DNA of 63,313 nucleotides, filler included, from Intoshia linei (GCA_001642005.1; 6 parts of 6 records of this genome joined end to end with filler, not necessarily neighbours in it); one strand, 5' to 3'; positions 1 through 12,620 are shown, counted from the whole stretch's first letter. Program-made: numbers and translations. The notes: generated from the letters alone by a model not told the origin.

Positions 1-726
1 GAATCAATGATTTCATTATAAGCTTTGCGGCCCCATTTATATTCCCCGTATTGAGTGCCCTCGGCAGAGCTATTTATAAGTAAAGATTACTCATTTAGTT
101 TCCATTTTTCTACTTATTAATGATAAGACCAAGCTGTAGAGAAAAAACAAAGAGAGAGTAGCCCGGATAAAAATATTAAGTACTGAGTAAGGATCATTTA
201 AAAAATTATTATTTGATTTCGAAAGCTTCACAGTTATAGACCGAAACACCCCTGATTTAAATTGAAATAATTTAAATTTTATCATTATCAATTATTTTGA
301 ATTGGCGCATTATTTTTAAAATACTCAACAGGCAATATTTACGTAAATATGATTATTTATTAAAAATTAATTTACAAAAGTGATTCATTTGATCTATGAT
401 GCTGGATTTAATAAGGTATATTTTTTAAGTGTGATATTTATGTCAAAGTGATTATTGAATATTATTTGATTTATCCAACTACTTAAAGAAAATGTGATGA
501 TAAGATTTTCATTTTAATTTAGTAAAGTATTGAAAATTTTAATTTACTGTTAATCTTTGTGTTTAATAATTGATTAAATATGGATTTACTTTAAATAATG
601 AAGTCATTGTAAAGTTTTAATAATGTATCATTATGATGATTTGTAGTTGAATTGTTCCAATTAATTTAAGAGCATATTAGTGAATGAATTATTATATTAA
701 TTTCATTTAACTTTCTATTTGAAAAA

Positions 727-2505
727 ATGAAATTAGTTTTATTAAGCATTGCGTTTTTGTACACCTGTCAAGCATATACTAATGGTTTATATCATTTACT
801 AAGTATATTCATATTTTTATTTAGTTATATTACATTGTCCTTTTACTACAAGTACCTGTGGTAGACATAGTGGAAACTGGCATTTAAGTGGAGACGAAAG
901 TTTGGAAAACGTTCATCATTACGTCAAAACCAGTGATGCAATTGCAACGTATCAACGACAAATAATTGACATTGATTAAATTCGTTATGTTTAGATTGGG
1001 ATATCAGCCATTTAAAAAGAATTTATATAGAGATTTTTCTACTGTAGCGTGTGCAAAACTCAAATACTATTCGACAAATCGTAATAATACTATAATGATC
1101 AGTATTAAACAAACTGAATTTCCTCATCACATACAAAATTCACATGTAAATGATCATTCTGACAGCAATTGGAAAACATATGAATCGTCTTTTTTGACAA
1201 AAGTTGATGAATTTATTTGGGTATACTATATAATTTGATAATTTATAGAATTTCAGATTATTATTACAGTTATGAATAAAGATGGAGGATATGTTGCCAT
1301 ATCTAATTTTTCTGTATCCATCGGTAGCTGTGACTCATCTAACGAATATCCACCATACTTGGAATTGGGTGAGATTTACATTATTTAAATTTAACTAACT
1401 TGCAATTTTTAGAGTATCCATCGATTTCTCGACGAGGTAAAATGATACATTTATTCTGACTAAAAAATTAATTAGTGAAAAAAAAGGTAAATGATATTGA
1501 AAAGAGTGAATTTTCATCAATTGATACAGCAAACAGCAATACGCATGATTATAACCACCAGGAAATCAAGTACCCAGAAAAAGATCACACCAGCAGTTAT
1601 AAATCGAATGAAGGATATCCTCACGGTAAGTTTTCAATTAATGTATCATTAATGTATGATTTAATTAAGATTATGATATTTATTATCCGAATGAATCGAA
1701 AAAAGTAAATACGAATAATCACCATAATTTCCATTCAGAATCAAACTCTAATGGCCATTTCAAGTATTCCCATAATTACGACAATCATTTCAAACTGAAT
1801 AACAAAACCCACGAAAGAGTTTATATTGATAACCCACATACATACCAATACAGTGGTTCGAATAATGTCCACGGGTACAATAATCATGATGATGAAAATT
1901 CGATTGATTCAATCAAGTATAGAATCCACCCAGGGCACCATATTCATCATCACAATGATAATGAAAACAACAGAAATAACAAATATGGAATGCAAAATGG
2001 ATATTACGACGACCATTTCAGAAAAAATAATCATCATGATCATTATAACAACAATAACGATTTTCATTACTATTCTACTGACGACGATAATATTTACAAA
2101 AAAAATTATCATCATAAACACCAAAACAACGTTCATCATTATAGTGACCAGTCAAATCATAGGGGTAGATACCACAACGATGATAATAATTATAAAGATC
2201 ATCATCATGATTATTTTCATTATAATGAACCGCATAGTCAATCCCAAGGCGTTTACATTGATAAACAATATAAGCAACCACATTATATGGTAAATCAACA
2301 TTCATATAGACAACCGGAAATGAGACATATGACAGCATATGACTATTATATGAATTTGGCACGTTTGAATTACTTGTATTATGAACTTCGACTAAATTAT
2401 GGTCAACATTTAAATTTCCATCACAGTGATTCTCATGAAAACAGACATGGTTTCAATAATGATAAAACGAATCGCCATCATACTCATCATTCTAGTTTTC
2501 ATTGA
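727..2505 (+). CDS. Secreted protein (~509 aa, 7 exons): signal peptide + MAM-like domain + long His/Asn/Tyr/Asp-rich tail
   Basis: Exons 727-784, 825-948, 995-1220, 1257-1368, 1413-1436, 1476-1625, 1670-2505 splice in frame with GT-AG introns. N-terminus MKLVLLSIAFLYTCQA is signal-like. CPFTTSTCG, CAKLKYYS, W and GYVAISNFSVSIGSC follow the MAM pattern. ORFs 966, 1475 and 1990 are pieces of this gene. Confidence 0.8.
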
Positions 2506-3376
2506 AAGATATCAATAGTAGCTTTATAAAATGAAATTGTAAATTTTATTGCTAATTTAATATTAAACTATAATAAGATAATTTGATGATATTTATCAAC
2601 AGTGTTGATTTAATACACTATACACTGCGTTTCCGGTCAAATGATCGTAGTTTTTTGATTTACGATCTTTTAATAGTGCGCCATACACTGCGTTCAGGTT
2701 TATTAGAACATAACTAATTTATGTCATTAATATATTTCACCAATGCTTTGAGTACTTACAATTGAGCAAAATGAGAAGAGCATCTTAGTAAATGATAGTT
2801 TACTTTTATTTTTTGAAACTGAATAAGTCATCACTTACATTTTGCCATTAATAAAAATCGAGTTATACAGCACTCAGTACTGTTAACAGTTATTAGAACA
2901 TTTATTAAGTGATTTTTTTTTGATATCTTCTCAAACAATAATGGTAGTTTTATGGCATTATCAAAATATTTTAAATAACTATGAAATTTGTGAATGATTG
3001 ACAAGGCAAAACTAAATGGATTAAAATTTAAAATAGTTAAAAGTTTGACGACTTCTGCATTAGAGGAATATTAATAACATCATACATCATCATGTGTGCT
3101 TAAATTAAGTCTTAATCAGTAATAGTGATCAATTGTGGATCTACGATTTTCAGCCAGGGGGGACGAAATAATTATGAGGGACAAAACTCACATAATGTAT
3201 TTAAATTTGAATTTTTATATTATGTTTATTAATATATTTCTATATATAATAATTTATATTTTTTTTCTAGTTTTCATTCTACTAAATTTTTCAACAACTG
3301 TATCAAAATCAACACTTTTGGCCGGTTCCCTTTCGATTATCAACAACGTTAAGTCCGATAATTTAACTTAAACTAA

Positions 3377-3700
3377 TCCTTACTTATATAATATGCTACG
3401 AAATATTTGTTTGTGTGTTCTACTTTATTTCAATAACTACCAGTTTTAGAATTTTATAAAGTCCACATTTCAATTACAGTTTTCTCTGGGATGTTAGAAA
3501 AATAAATTTCAATCTCCCAAACTCACATCTTACGGGTCAAAAGCCCCAATTGTCATTGTTTGAATTTAATGGGTCCTAGAAAAATTTTATAATTTTACAC
3601 AATGTTAATAAAGATTGACACCGAAAATGAAGAATAGCACTAAAAAAAATTTTGAAAATGATTCGTAGTGTCATATAGCCCTAGCCACTTCTCAAGACTC
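3377..3700 (+). mobile_element. Helitron-like non-autonomous element, 5' part
   Basis: A|TCCTTACTTATATAATATGCTACG followed by GTTT/GT microsatellite, then the family's internal subrepeat. Same start at 32022(+), 45046(-), 54442(-). Confidence 0.7.
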
Positions 3701-3969
3701 TTGGCTATAAATTTTAAATTAAACACACAAGATATTTATGATATTCAAGAATATAATTTTTTTAATACTCAATTTTGAAAAATATGCCCTAATTTTATAA
3801 AAAATTGGTGGATACACCACGAAGAGGGGTCTCTGGTATGATAGGTTGGGCACTGCCCACAGTCATGTATTTATTGTTGATGTTAAGAATTTTTGCGGGT
3901 CTTTAAATAAAACTCCGTAAAGGTGAGACATGATAATTTATTAATATATTAAATATTTAGTTAATATTT

Positions 3970-4832
3970 TTATTCTATATATTGAGACGCATTGATGACA
4001 GACGGAATATCGGAATCAGCATCACTGGTATTTTCAGTATATTCTAAATTGCGCAATTGAATCAGTTTATAGCGGCGTTGCATGATACTCTTTAGCTTAT
4101 TCCTGTAAATATTGGAATTTGTAGTAGAATGTATGTATTGGTAAGGTTCTTCAGTATCACTTTCAGGGTTGTTTTCAACACCATTTTCAATTCGTCTTTC
4201 ATTACCTATTTCAATTCTATTTTCAATTTTATCTTCAACCTTTATCATAAAATTGTTGATATGAGAAAATCTTTTGATTTTTTGTCTTCTACTAGTAATT
4301 AAATTTTTCAAATTTATTTCCGTCGTTTCATCATAAATGTTTGATTTTGATAATATTCTTTTACGTACAAATACTGGATTTATAGCAATTTTATGTCTAG
4401 TAAAAATAAAGGATAATAGTATAAAAATATAATCGAAAAACAACTCGACAAATTCAAAACATGTTAAAGCAGTAAATCCAATATATAGACCTAGAATTCC
4501 TCCAATGTCTGATATGTACGAAAATAACTAAAAAATGTAAGATTATGGAACTTTATAAAACTACTTCGTAAGCCGGATATTCCGTTACTGTTTTGTAATT
4601 TAAATTTTCAAAATAGACTTTTACATTCAAAATATTTCGTTTGAAAGTTGTGTTGTCAAACGAAATATTGCTAGAATTTACCGATTTCATAATGTGAGAA
4701 TTGTTTTTTATTATTTTCTTTAGTTCAACCTATGATAAATTGATCAATTAAAATTTACATACATTTAGTAATACCTCATAGTTTGTTGACGGCCATTCAC
4801 TAGCAAACACGGATGCTTTAAATGTTGATTCA
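3970..4832 (-). CDS. DEG/ENaC (ASIC-like) channel, 3' exons only
   Basis: Exons ~4763-4832, 4565-4729, 3970-4527 give ...SEWPSTNYE...NILNVKVYFENLNYKTVTEYPAYE/LFSYISDIGGILGLYIGFTALTCFEFVE, the canonical pre-TM2/TM2 signature. Upstream exons not found before the spacer at 5647. Confidence 0.9.
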
Positions 4833-5116
4833 CTAAATTTTCAATTATAGAAAATTATATCAAGACGTATTTGGCAAACTATAACTATACATATTCATCA
4901 TTATTATTGAAATAGTCTACAAAAATGTAAGTGAAAATACTATTTTAACGGTAAAATTCCATCTTAACAAAATAGATTTTATTAATACCAATTTGAATGA
5001 ACTAAAAATTATGACCATATAAATTGTAGAAATTTTATCAATTTAATACCAACTGCTTCTATATTTACAAGTATCAATTTGATATTACCGAAATTTAAAA
5101 ATAAATTAACCTAAAA

Positions 5117-5646
5117 CAGTGGTTCTCAAACTTGGGTCCGCAAGTTTAAATAAAATTTTGAATTATAAAAAAAAAATTAATTTTTTAAATAATTTGTTGT
5201 TGTTAATTTAAACAATTAAAAATACAAATCGAGAAACTTTGGTTAAATATAGGAGAAAATTTGATTGGCCCGGTTTGCAAAAACATTTTATATTTTATTA
5301 TTGGAGAAGATGCTAGCCGGAAACTAAAGAATATTTCACTTTGCAATGATACAATTAACCGCCGCATCAAAGATATGTCAAATGACATTATTGAACAAGT
5401 AGTTGAAAAAATATAAAATTCAAAATTTGGCTTGTTTTCAATACAAGTCGATGAAACTACAGACTTAGCAAATCATGCTCAAGTTTGTGTATTTGTGCGT
5501 TATGTGTTTAATAGGGATTTTGAAGATAAATTTCTTTTTTGTGAAAATTTGGAATCTAGAACTACAGCAAAAGAATTTTTTAAGAAGGTTTAGGATTTCT
5601 TTGAAGCATATTCACTTTTATGGGAAAATTTGTGTGGTATTTGTAC
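5117..5646 (+). mobile_element. hAT (Buster/ZBED5-SCAND3-type) transposon remnant in the ENaC intron
   Basis: CAGTGGTTCTCAAAC terminus. Degenerate transposase: SLCNDTINRRIKDMS...FSIQVDETTDLANHAQVCVFVRY...FLFC...LCGIC, with in-frame stops. Confidence 0.85.
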
Positions 5647-5746
5647 NNNNNNNNNNNNNNNNNNNNNNNNNNNNNNNNNNNNNNNNNNNNTTAATTAATT
5701 AANNNNNNNNNNNNNNNNNNNNNNNNNNNNNNNNNNNNNNNNNNNN
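5647..5746. other. Artificial contig spacer N44-TTAATTAATTAA-N44 (also 9558-9657, 28545-28644, 41793-41892, 59044-59143)
   Basis: Identical 100-nt construct five times. The palindromic 12-mer has stops in all six frames. Confidence 0.97.
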
Positions 5747-6802
5747 CAACGAAAACGGATCTTTTAACACTTGATGATGAGGTTTGACTGTTCAATAGCT
5801 TACGCATGAGTTTTAGGTGATTTGATTTCACACAGTATAATTGAAAATTGTTAATTTATATTATCGTTTTAGGTATATTCGTTAGGAGAATAAACATTTT
5901 TTTAAATTATGACTTTAATAATATTATTATGACATTTATGACTTTTTAAAAATCGATATAACCCATTAACTAAGTGTCTTTAAATGTAAACATACACAAA
6001 TTCCAAATCAGATTTTCCGGGCAGATTTAATTAATTTCAATTTCAGAAACTGACCACTTACCTGTCCCTGTTAAAAATCTCAATTATCCTTTTTTTAAAA
6101 ATGAAACGATTCCTAGAATTTAAAAAAATATACACCCTGATATAGATTTTAAAATCATGAGCATTATCATAAAAGATAATTTCAAAAAGGTATATCTTGA
6201 GGGTCAAAACCCCATATTGCTCTTTTTTTTAAAAATGAAAATAATCCTTGAATTTTAAAAAAAATTACAGATGATACAGCTATATCCAGTTAACACATAC
6301 TAAAAATTTTAATCTCATAAAGTGACGTCTTCACTGTCAAAAAAACATTTTGGTATTAATTTTTTTATTTGGTAACTATTTTATTAAAATTAATTAATCA
6401 GAGCGATCTTTTTCAGCTATAGGATTATTTGCAGCCAAATGCAGATCAAATGACAAACTTTCTGTTATAAGACACCATTTTGTCAAACAAAAAATAAATT
6501 TGTGAATGAATTAATTGTAAATTTTCTCGTTCCATTTTCATTCACACATGCTGGTCGTCATATAAAAACTAGTGAATACGCGTTTTAGGAAAAAGTATCG
6601 ATATTTTGCGGCCCGCAACCTCACATTTATAAGAATGAAAATGTAAGTATTTGAGTTGAGCACCCCTGCTATATGGGACCAGTTTGACCTTGACACAATG
6701 CTGAATTCATATTTTGTCTTCCTGTTATCATAAATACCCTCTTGAATATTATTTGGGGGGATAGTTGTCAACCTCCACAACACTTTATTAACTATCTTTT
6801 AG

Positions 6803-7220
6803 GTAAAGCCATTAATGTCATAAAGAAACGAAACGGTACAATAATTTCCACAGATTTACGTATATATTCTTACAATATACACCAAATTGTTGCAGAAATC
6901 CCTGCTGTAGATTCTTATGGTATTTTTAATGACTTGAAATCTGAAACGAGTGGAGCAGCTTGCGGAAATTTAAAGTTTTATAGATGGAAGGTTTCATTTG
7001 ATTAAAATTTGTTGGTTGTATTAAATTATAGACTCTCGCTAAAAGTCCATTTTGGAAACCTTCTACAGATGACGAATTGGAACATTATGGAGAAACATCA
7101 GATTTTGTAAATGTGGTCACCACTTATGTAAATTCTGTACGAAAAAGAAAAGGATTATACATCAATGAACAAATTATTCAAGACGCTGATAAACAGAGAA
7201 CATTATCAAAAAATAAATAA
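6803..7220 (+). CDS. EFL1: Elongation factor-like GTPase 1 (EFL1/Ria1), last two exons
   Basis: Exons 6803-6990 and 7032-7220: GKAINVIKKRNGTI...TSGAACGNLKFYRWK/TLAKSPFWKPSTDDELEHYGE...VRKRKGLYINEQIIQDADKQRTLSKNK*, matching the EFL1 C-terminus. A probable earlier exon remnant lies at ~5747-5816. Confidence 0.92.
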
Positions 7221-7355
7221 TGGATACAAATTTTATATATAAAACAAATTGTACTATACTGTTTTAAAAATAAATATTTATTACATTCTATGGCAACGCG
7301 ATATAATATAAAGTTTTGTATCGAATGAAAAAAAATAAATAATTAAACACTAAAA

Positions 7356-8406
7356 ATGTCCGAGTCTCAATTGGAAAGATTGCGAGAGCTGCGTTTAAAA
7401 ATGGTAACTTAAAATTAAAGAGATTGTTCATTACTGTATTATATTAAAGTGGAATATTTATCTTTACGGTTGATAAATAACTTAAATTATTAATAATGTA
7501 GATCAGTGGTCACCACATGTATTCATTCGGGCGGCTTAAAAAAACAACAAGATAAATTTTTTAATTTGGTGACCACTATTACACCCTTAATTTTTCTAAA
7601 ACATACCAGGTAGACCGTGTTATTGAAACATTTATAAATATTTTTTTCAATTCTAATTATTTTTATTCAATTTTTATGTATACATTATAGAATAAAGCTC
7701 GAAAAATGAACCATGAAGCCGTGATCGCAGAAGATAAACAATCCAAATTACCCAGAAATTGGAATTTCCGAGAACAAAAGCGGAAAAAAAAGATTGATGA
7801 AATTAATTTCAAAAAAGTAAATGAAAATGATACATATTTTAATTTAATATCAAGCAATGTAAAGAGAAAGGACTAGATGTAGACAAATCAAAAATGCTGT
7901 TAATTTCAGCAGATATCTTAGATTACGAAGAAACTAAAAAATTAAAAAAAATGCAAGATTCTGGTTTTAAAGATTTTGCTCAAGCTACCGAACGTTCATA
8001 CAGACGTAACGTTTCCAATATGAAACCAGATTTAGAGGCATACGAAGAAAAAAAGCAGATTTTGTAAATTTAGTTTGTATTTATATATAACGAATTGTTT
8101 TAGAGGAGAAGCGGCTTATCCAGATTTATTTACATTACCTGTTGCTTCAATTTTACCCGATTCGAGCGACGCTGTCGACAACATGGTGAAAGATTTAAAT
8201 AAACAGTACATATACGATACAATTATTTTTCTATTCTTAGAATTGATAAACGATCGACCTATCATAGAAGACGCAGATACAACCCTGAAGAAACTGTTGA
8301 TTTCATCAATGAGAAAAACAGGTTGTTGAATAAAAAAATGGAATACTTTTATGGAAAATATACGAAAGAAACAAAGGAAAATTTGGAACGTGGCACAAAT
8401 TTGTAA
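7356..8406 (+). CDS. SYF2: Pre-mRNA splicing factor SYF2 (5 exons)
   Basis: Exons ~7356-7403, 7691-7816, 7855-8063, 8104-8205, 8241-8406: [29 protein letters not shown]...[15 protein letters not shown]...[36 protein letters not shown]. Confidence 0.92.
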
Positions 8407-8437
8407 AAAATTAAATAAATTTGTAAATATTAATGAT

Positions 8438-9403
8438 TTATATATAATTAACCAATTTGTTGTTTTCTCGGTTAATGTAAAATATCTGGTAATTCAACAT
8501 CATGATAAAATTGATTGACGTGTATAACAAATGGTCTGTTTTTAGATTTATTATCTGGAAAAATCGAAGTGCTGTATCAATTATTATATGAATGGCTGTT
8601 GGAATAAATATAGATAAATAAGTCACTTTTTTAGTTTTTCCCAAATAATATTTCACGATGTTATTATACCCAACATAATGAATAATGGGAACAAAAAAGT
8701 TGCCAAGCACCCATTTCAAAATATATATAATGTGATTATTTTTGTTAAATGCTTCTACGACCATTTGTGTGTTTGTTGAAAAATAGTAAGTGAAATACAT
8801 ACCGGTATTATATCCATATGCGCGTAGTATCAGTAGAAGTATTTGTTCGTTTTCAAATATGGATGTATATCTTATTTCTTCATCATATTTACTCCATACA
8901 TAGAATGTTGATATGTAATATAAGATCATTGATGTGCTTGAATATGTAATATGTAAAAACCAGATAATACATATGATAGTAGAATAATCAACATTCGAGT
9001 GGGAAGAAATGTATTCAGTTATGCTGTATACATTGTAACTTGCAGCAAAATCGATATAATAATGTGATAATGTTGAAATTAGATAGAATAATAGTTTAAT
9101 TAATTTGTTTCCAAACACTCCTTTAGCCATGTGAAATACTAGCGATTCGGTAATTATGTTTATTGATACAAGAGCCACTGATAAAATAAATGATCTTTCA
9201 AAAAATGTGAGATTGAACATATTGTAGTATTCTATGCCCAACGCGGCTAATATGAACATACCATATGCAAATGTGATTATTGACCAACCACCAAGGCCCC
9301 TTTGACGCTTGTTATTTTATAATCGGACCAATGATCTGATTCATGTACCAACTTGAGCAATCCTATTAAATAATCTTCTTTGTATTCTTCTGAATATGAG
9401 CAT
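8438..9403 (-). CDS. Orphan multipass (~7-8 TM) membrane protein
   Basis: 273-aa hydrophobic ORF open upstream to ~9308. A probable first exon (ATG 9403, MLIFRRIQRRLFNRIAQ) joins through a ~45-nt intron. Confidence 0.7.
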
Positions 9404-9657
9404 ATAAATAATGAGATAAAAATTATTAAAATAAGCATTTTCCGAAAATTATAGCTAACATTGATTTTTTAAAATTACACAATAAAGTATTAACTAATCT
9501 ATTATGTCGTTTTTTTAACAAAATTAAAAAGTTTATTTGATTACATTAAAAATAAATNNNNNNNNNNNNNNNNNNNNNNNNNNNNNNNNNNNNNNNNNNN
9601 NTTAATTAATTAANNNNNNNNNNNNNNNNNNNNNNNNNNNNNNNNNNNNNNNNNNNN

Positions 9658-10118
9658 GTTGTGTATAAACCTCGATACCACATTTCTAGACCTTTTAATC
9701 TGCTTAGCAATCTATTTGTGTGATTTATTTTCTGTTTTTAATGCCATAATTTTACCTTTTTCAAAATCAGTTAAAGGTTTACCTCTGCCCATTGTTAAAA
9801 TATACATAAATAAATAAATTATATATTATTGAGAAGATACTATATATATAAACATAATGAAAATCGTAATTACATTTTTAAATTTGATAATCGTATAAAA
9901 AAAGTGATTTTAATTTGAAGTGTCTCATGTTTATTGCGCGGCTAATTAGCGATTTGTCTGATAACTTTTCATATAAGGGTGGCAGAAGAAAAATAATGAT
10001 ATCAACAAGCGTAGTTTTTAATTCCTTTTTTAATAGAGATGAAATATTCATGAAAATTAATGTTAATAGACCAAAAAATAATATAAATCGAGGTGTCTTA
10101 TGTTTATTGCGCGCACTG
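9658..10118 (-). mobile_element. Tc1/Tc3-like transposon, left end with transposase N-terminus
   Basis: TA|CAGTGCGCGCAATAAACATAAGACAC terminus, with the 21-bp motif repeated at 9920-9940 (IR-DR layout). ATG 9792: MGRGKPLTDFEKGKIMAL...*IAKQIKRSRN, a Tc3-like HTH with a stop. Confidence 0.85.
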
Positions 10119-10374
10119 TATATTAACCCACATTAAACTATATTCTATGGAGATCTTTTGATTTTTTATGCAAATAAAGATAATATAATACATCCCAATC
10201 ATTTACACCGGTTGATGTGTTTCAATTTGTGTCAATTTCTCAGTATAAAATGGTTTTGTAAGATAGAATTAATAATAACATAATTATACAATTAAAAGTT
10301 ATTAATTTAGATTATCAATGTAATTCATTGAATCATTAAAAATCATTCAGTATTAATTATTTTTATAAATATTA

Positions 10375-10710
10375 CTAGGTTGACTGTTATGTACTACGTA
10401 CAAACAGTACCTAGCTCTGACGAGGGCACAAAAAAATAAATTCACGTTGAAAATCTATCTTAAAAATCCTATTTAACTGGAAATAACTATTCACTGTGAT
10501 TTTTTTAATCCTGGGACTTCATTTTTAAAAAAAGTAATTTGTGGTTTTGACTATGAATATATAAGTTTCGGATGTTGATTTTTACGACTATAATTTTTAA
10601 ATGGTTTTAAAACGTATCCGTGAATTTATTTATTTTTTTAAATTCTAGGGTAGATTTTATTTAAAAATTTGAAAAAATTTAATTTCTGAAAATAAAATTT
10701 GCGATAGAAC
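10375..10710 (-). mobile_element. Helitron-like element, 3' end and internal repeats
   Basis: Reverse complement ends GTTTGTACGTAGTACATAACAGTCAACCTAG|T. Confidence 0.7.
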
Positions 10711-12620
10711 ATTACTTTTGAAAAAAGTCTAAGACTATTTAATTAATTACTAGATTAATTAATAAACGGTAACACACAGATATTCAATTTTATACAAGTA
10801 AAGGAAGAGTTTAAAATTTAAACTTTAAATGTTTTGTAACATTGGAGGTTTCTCGACAAAAATGAAATTTAAAATATATTATTGATTGGCAGCATCATTA
10901 ACATTAAACGAAAAATAAAATAATACAAAATTTACTTCACCTGAGATATATTCAAAGACACGTGCTGATTAACAAATTGAAAAGTAATTTAATTTAATTG
11001 ACTATTTGTACGACGTACAATATCGCGTTCATAACAATTTAGTAGGGTCAACGTCATAATTATTAAAGAAATAGGGTTAAATGGTAACAACGTTTACTTA
11101 CCGACAGGCCATATTAATTTTTATAATTAACAAATTTTTACAACTAATCACCAATTTGAAAATTTTATTCTTTAATATTCCAGTTTCCATAGTTCCGGTT
11201 GGCTGATTATTTTTTCGAAAACGTTATAGTATCATCTTTGTTGTTCTTGGTTCTTACAATTCATTAAAATGTGAAAATAAGTAAGTTTTTTAAATGGGAC
11301 GTCTACACATTGTTTAATCGATGCTGTAACGTTTAAACATTAAAATTAAAAAGTTGGAAACCGCAATGGTCAATAAGTCATTGGTCAACATAAAAATGAA
11401 ATTTTCCAACAACAAAAAATTTAAAATCAGTTAAGTTCGATAATTTCAGACTACTGCTTATAATGTATACTATACATATTTGGACTTAGTACAGGGTGTA
11501 TAATTATAATATGATAATAAATTAAAATAGTAGGACCTTATGATTGTAGTCCCGGGTCATATTGCAACAGGTTATATAGCTTCTCTTTATGGCCCTGAGT
11601 AGTACACACTTGAAATAACTCGTTTATCGTTTTAATCAATACAAAACATGAAATAAGATACCAAAACACTTTAACCACATTAATTTTGAATATTCAGCAT
11701 TTAGTTAAAATTAATCAACATGGGCGTTTAATGATAAAAGTTGACATTTCCATATAAGAAAAATAATAATAATTATATTTTATTGAGCTCTATGCATATA
11801 CAAAGAAATAAATTTAAATACTCAGTATAAATACGCATAAATAGATATACATTATTTATTTATATCTATTGATCAACTCATCTAATTTTGACCTAAAATA
11901 ATTGGCACGTGTGCTAACTCGTCTAAATAAATTGTAATAAACAAACTTATTAAATATGTAATATTTATTGAGCCTAGATAATCTTGTAATATATTTAACT
12001 CAATTGATACCCATGTAAACTACTCCAACTTCTGACCCACTAGCCTAAAATTTCAATATTTCTCATTACTAAAAGATTGTAAAAAGGAATAACTTGTAAC
12101 TTGCAAATGATTGTCTAGTGTTGTGTTATTTTTGTGTACTGGAAATACCAATTTTATTGATAAAATAAGACGCGACATTATTACCAATTTTAACTGGGAC
12201 GCTGATAACACTATATTATAACGTACATTTTTTGGTCTAGCCATGTTTTTATTCCATTAACGTTATATTATAATTAGTAAAAATTTTATTCGAGGTCATC
12301 AATTTATCATGTTTATTAATTTGTTGGATTGTAGATATTAATAATCATTTTAGCAAACAAGAATATTCAAATTTCAAAAATTATCGATATTAAACTTTGA
12401 AAAGTTTCAAATTTATTTCAATTTGGTTTTTAAACAGGTAAATTTTTTAATTTTAATAGTTTTACAGTTTTGTTGATGTTTTTCGTTTGTTATACTTCTA
12501 TTAGCCTGAATTATTTACTAAAATTTTAAATTTTTTATTTTAAAGATTAATTGAAGGATCATTTTATGGTACAATTATTGCAATTTACAAATCTTAGATT
12601 TCATTACTGATAGTGTAAAG

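Noticed and set aside
1826-2362. Overlapping Ile/Met-rich and antisense ORFs
   Set aside because: Shadow frames of the His/Asn/Asp-rich (CAT/AAT/GAT) exon.
5691-5702. TTAATTAATTAA palindrome recurring five times
   Set aside because: Always centred in N-runs; an assembly spacer, not biology.
5747-5816. In-frame TGA/TAA in a probable EFL1 exon, suggesting an alternative genetic code
   Set aside because: At a contig edge and explicable by indel errors; TAA terminates clear conserved genes (SYF2, TKT, GABARAP) and TGA ends other long ORFs.
11530-11605. Possible C/D snoRNA (ATGATT...CTGA)
   Set aside because: Imperfect box C and no clear terminal stem or guide.
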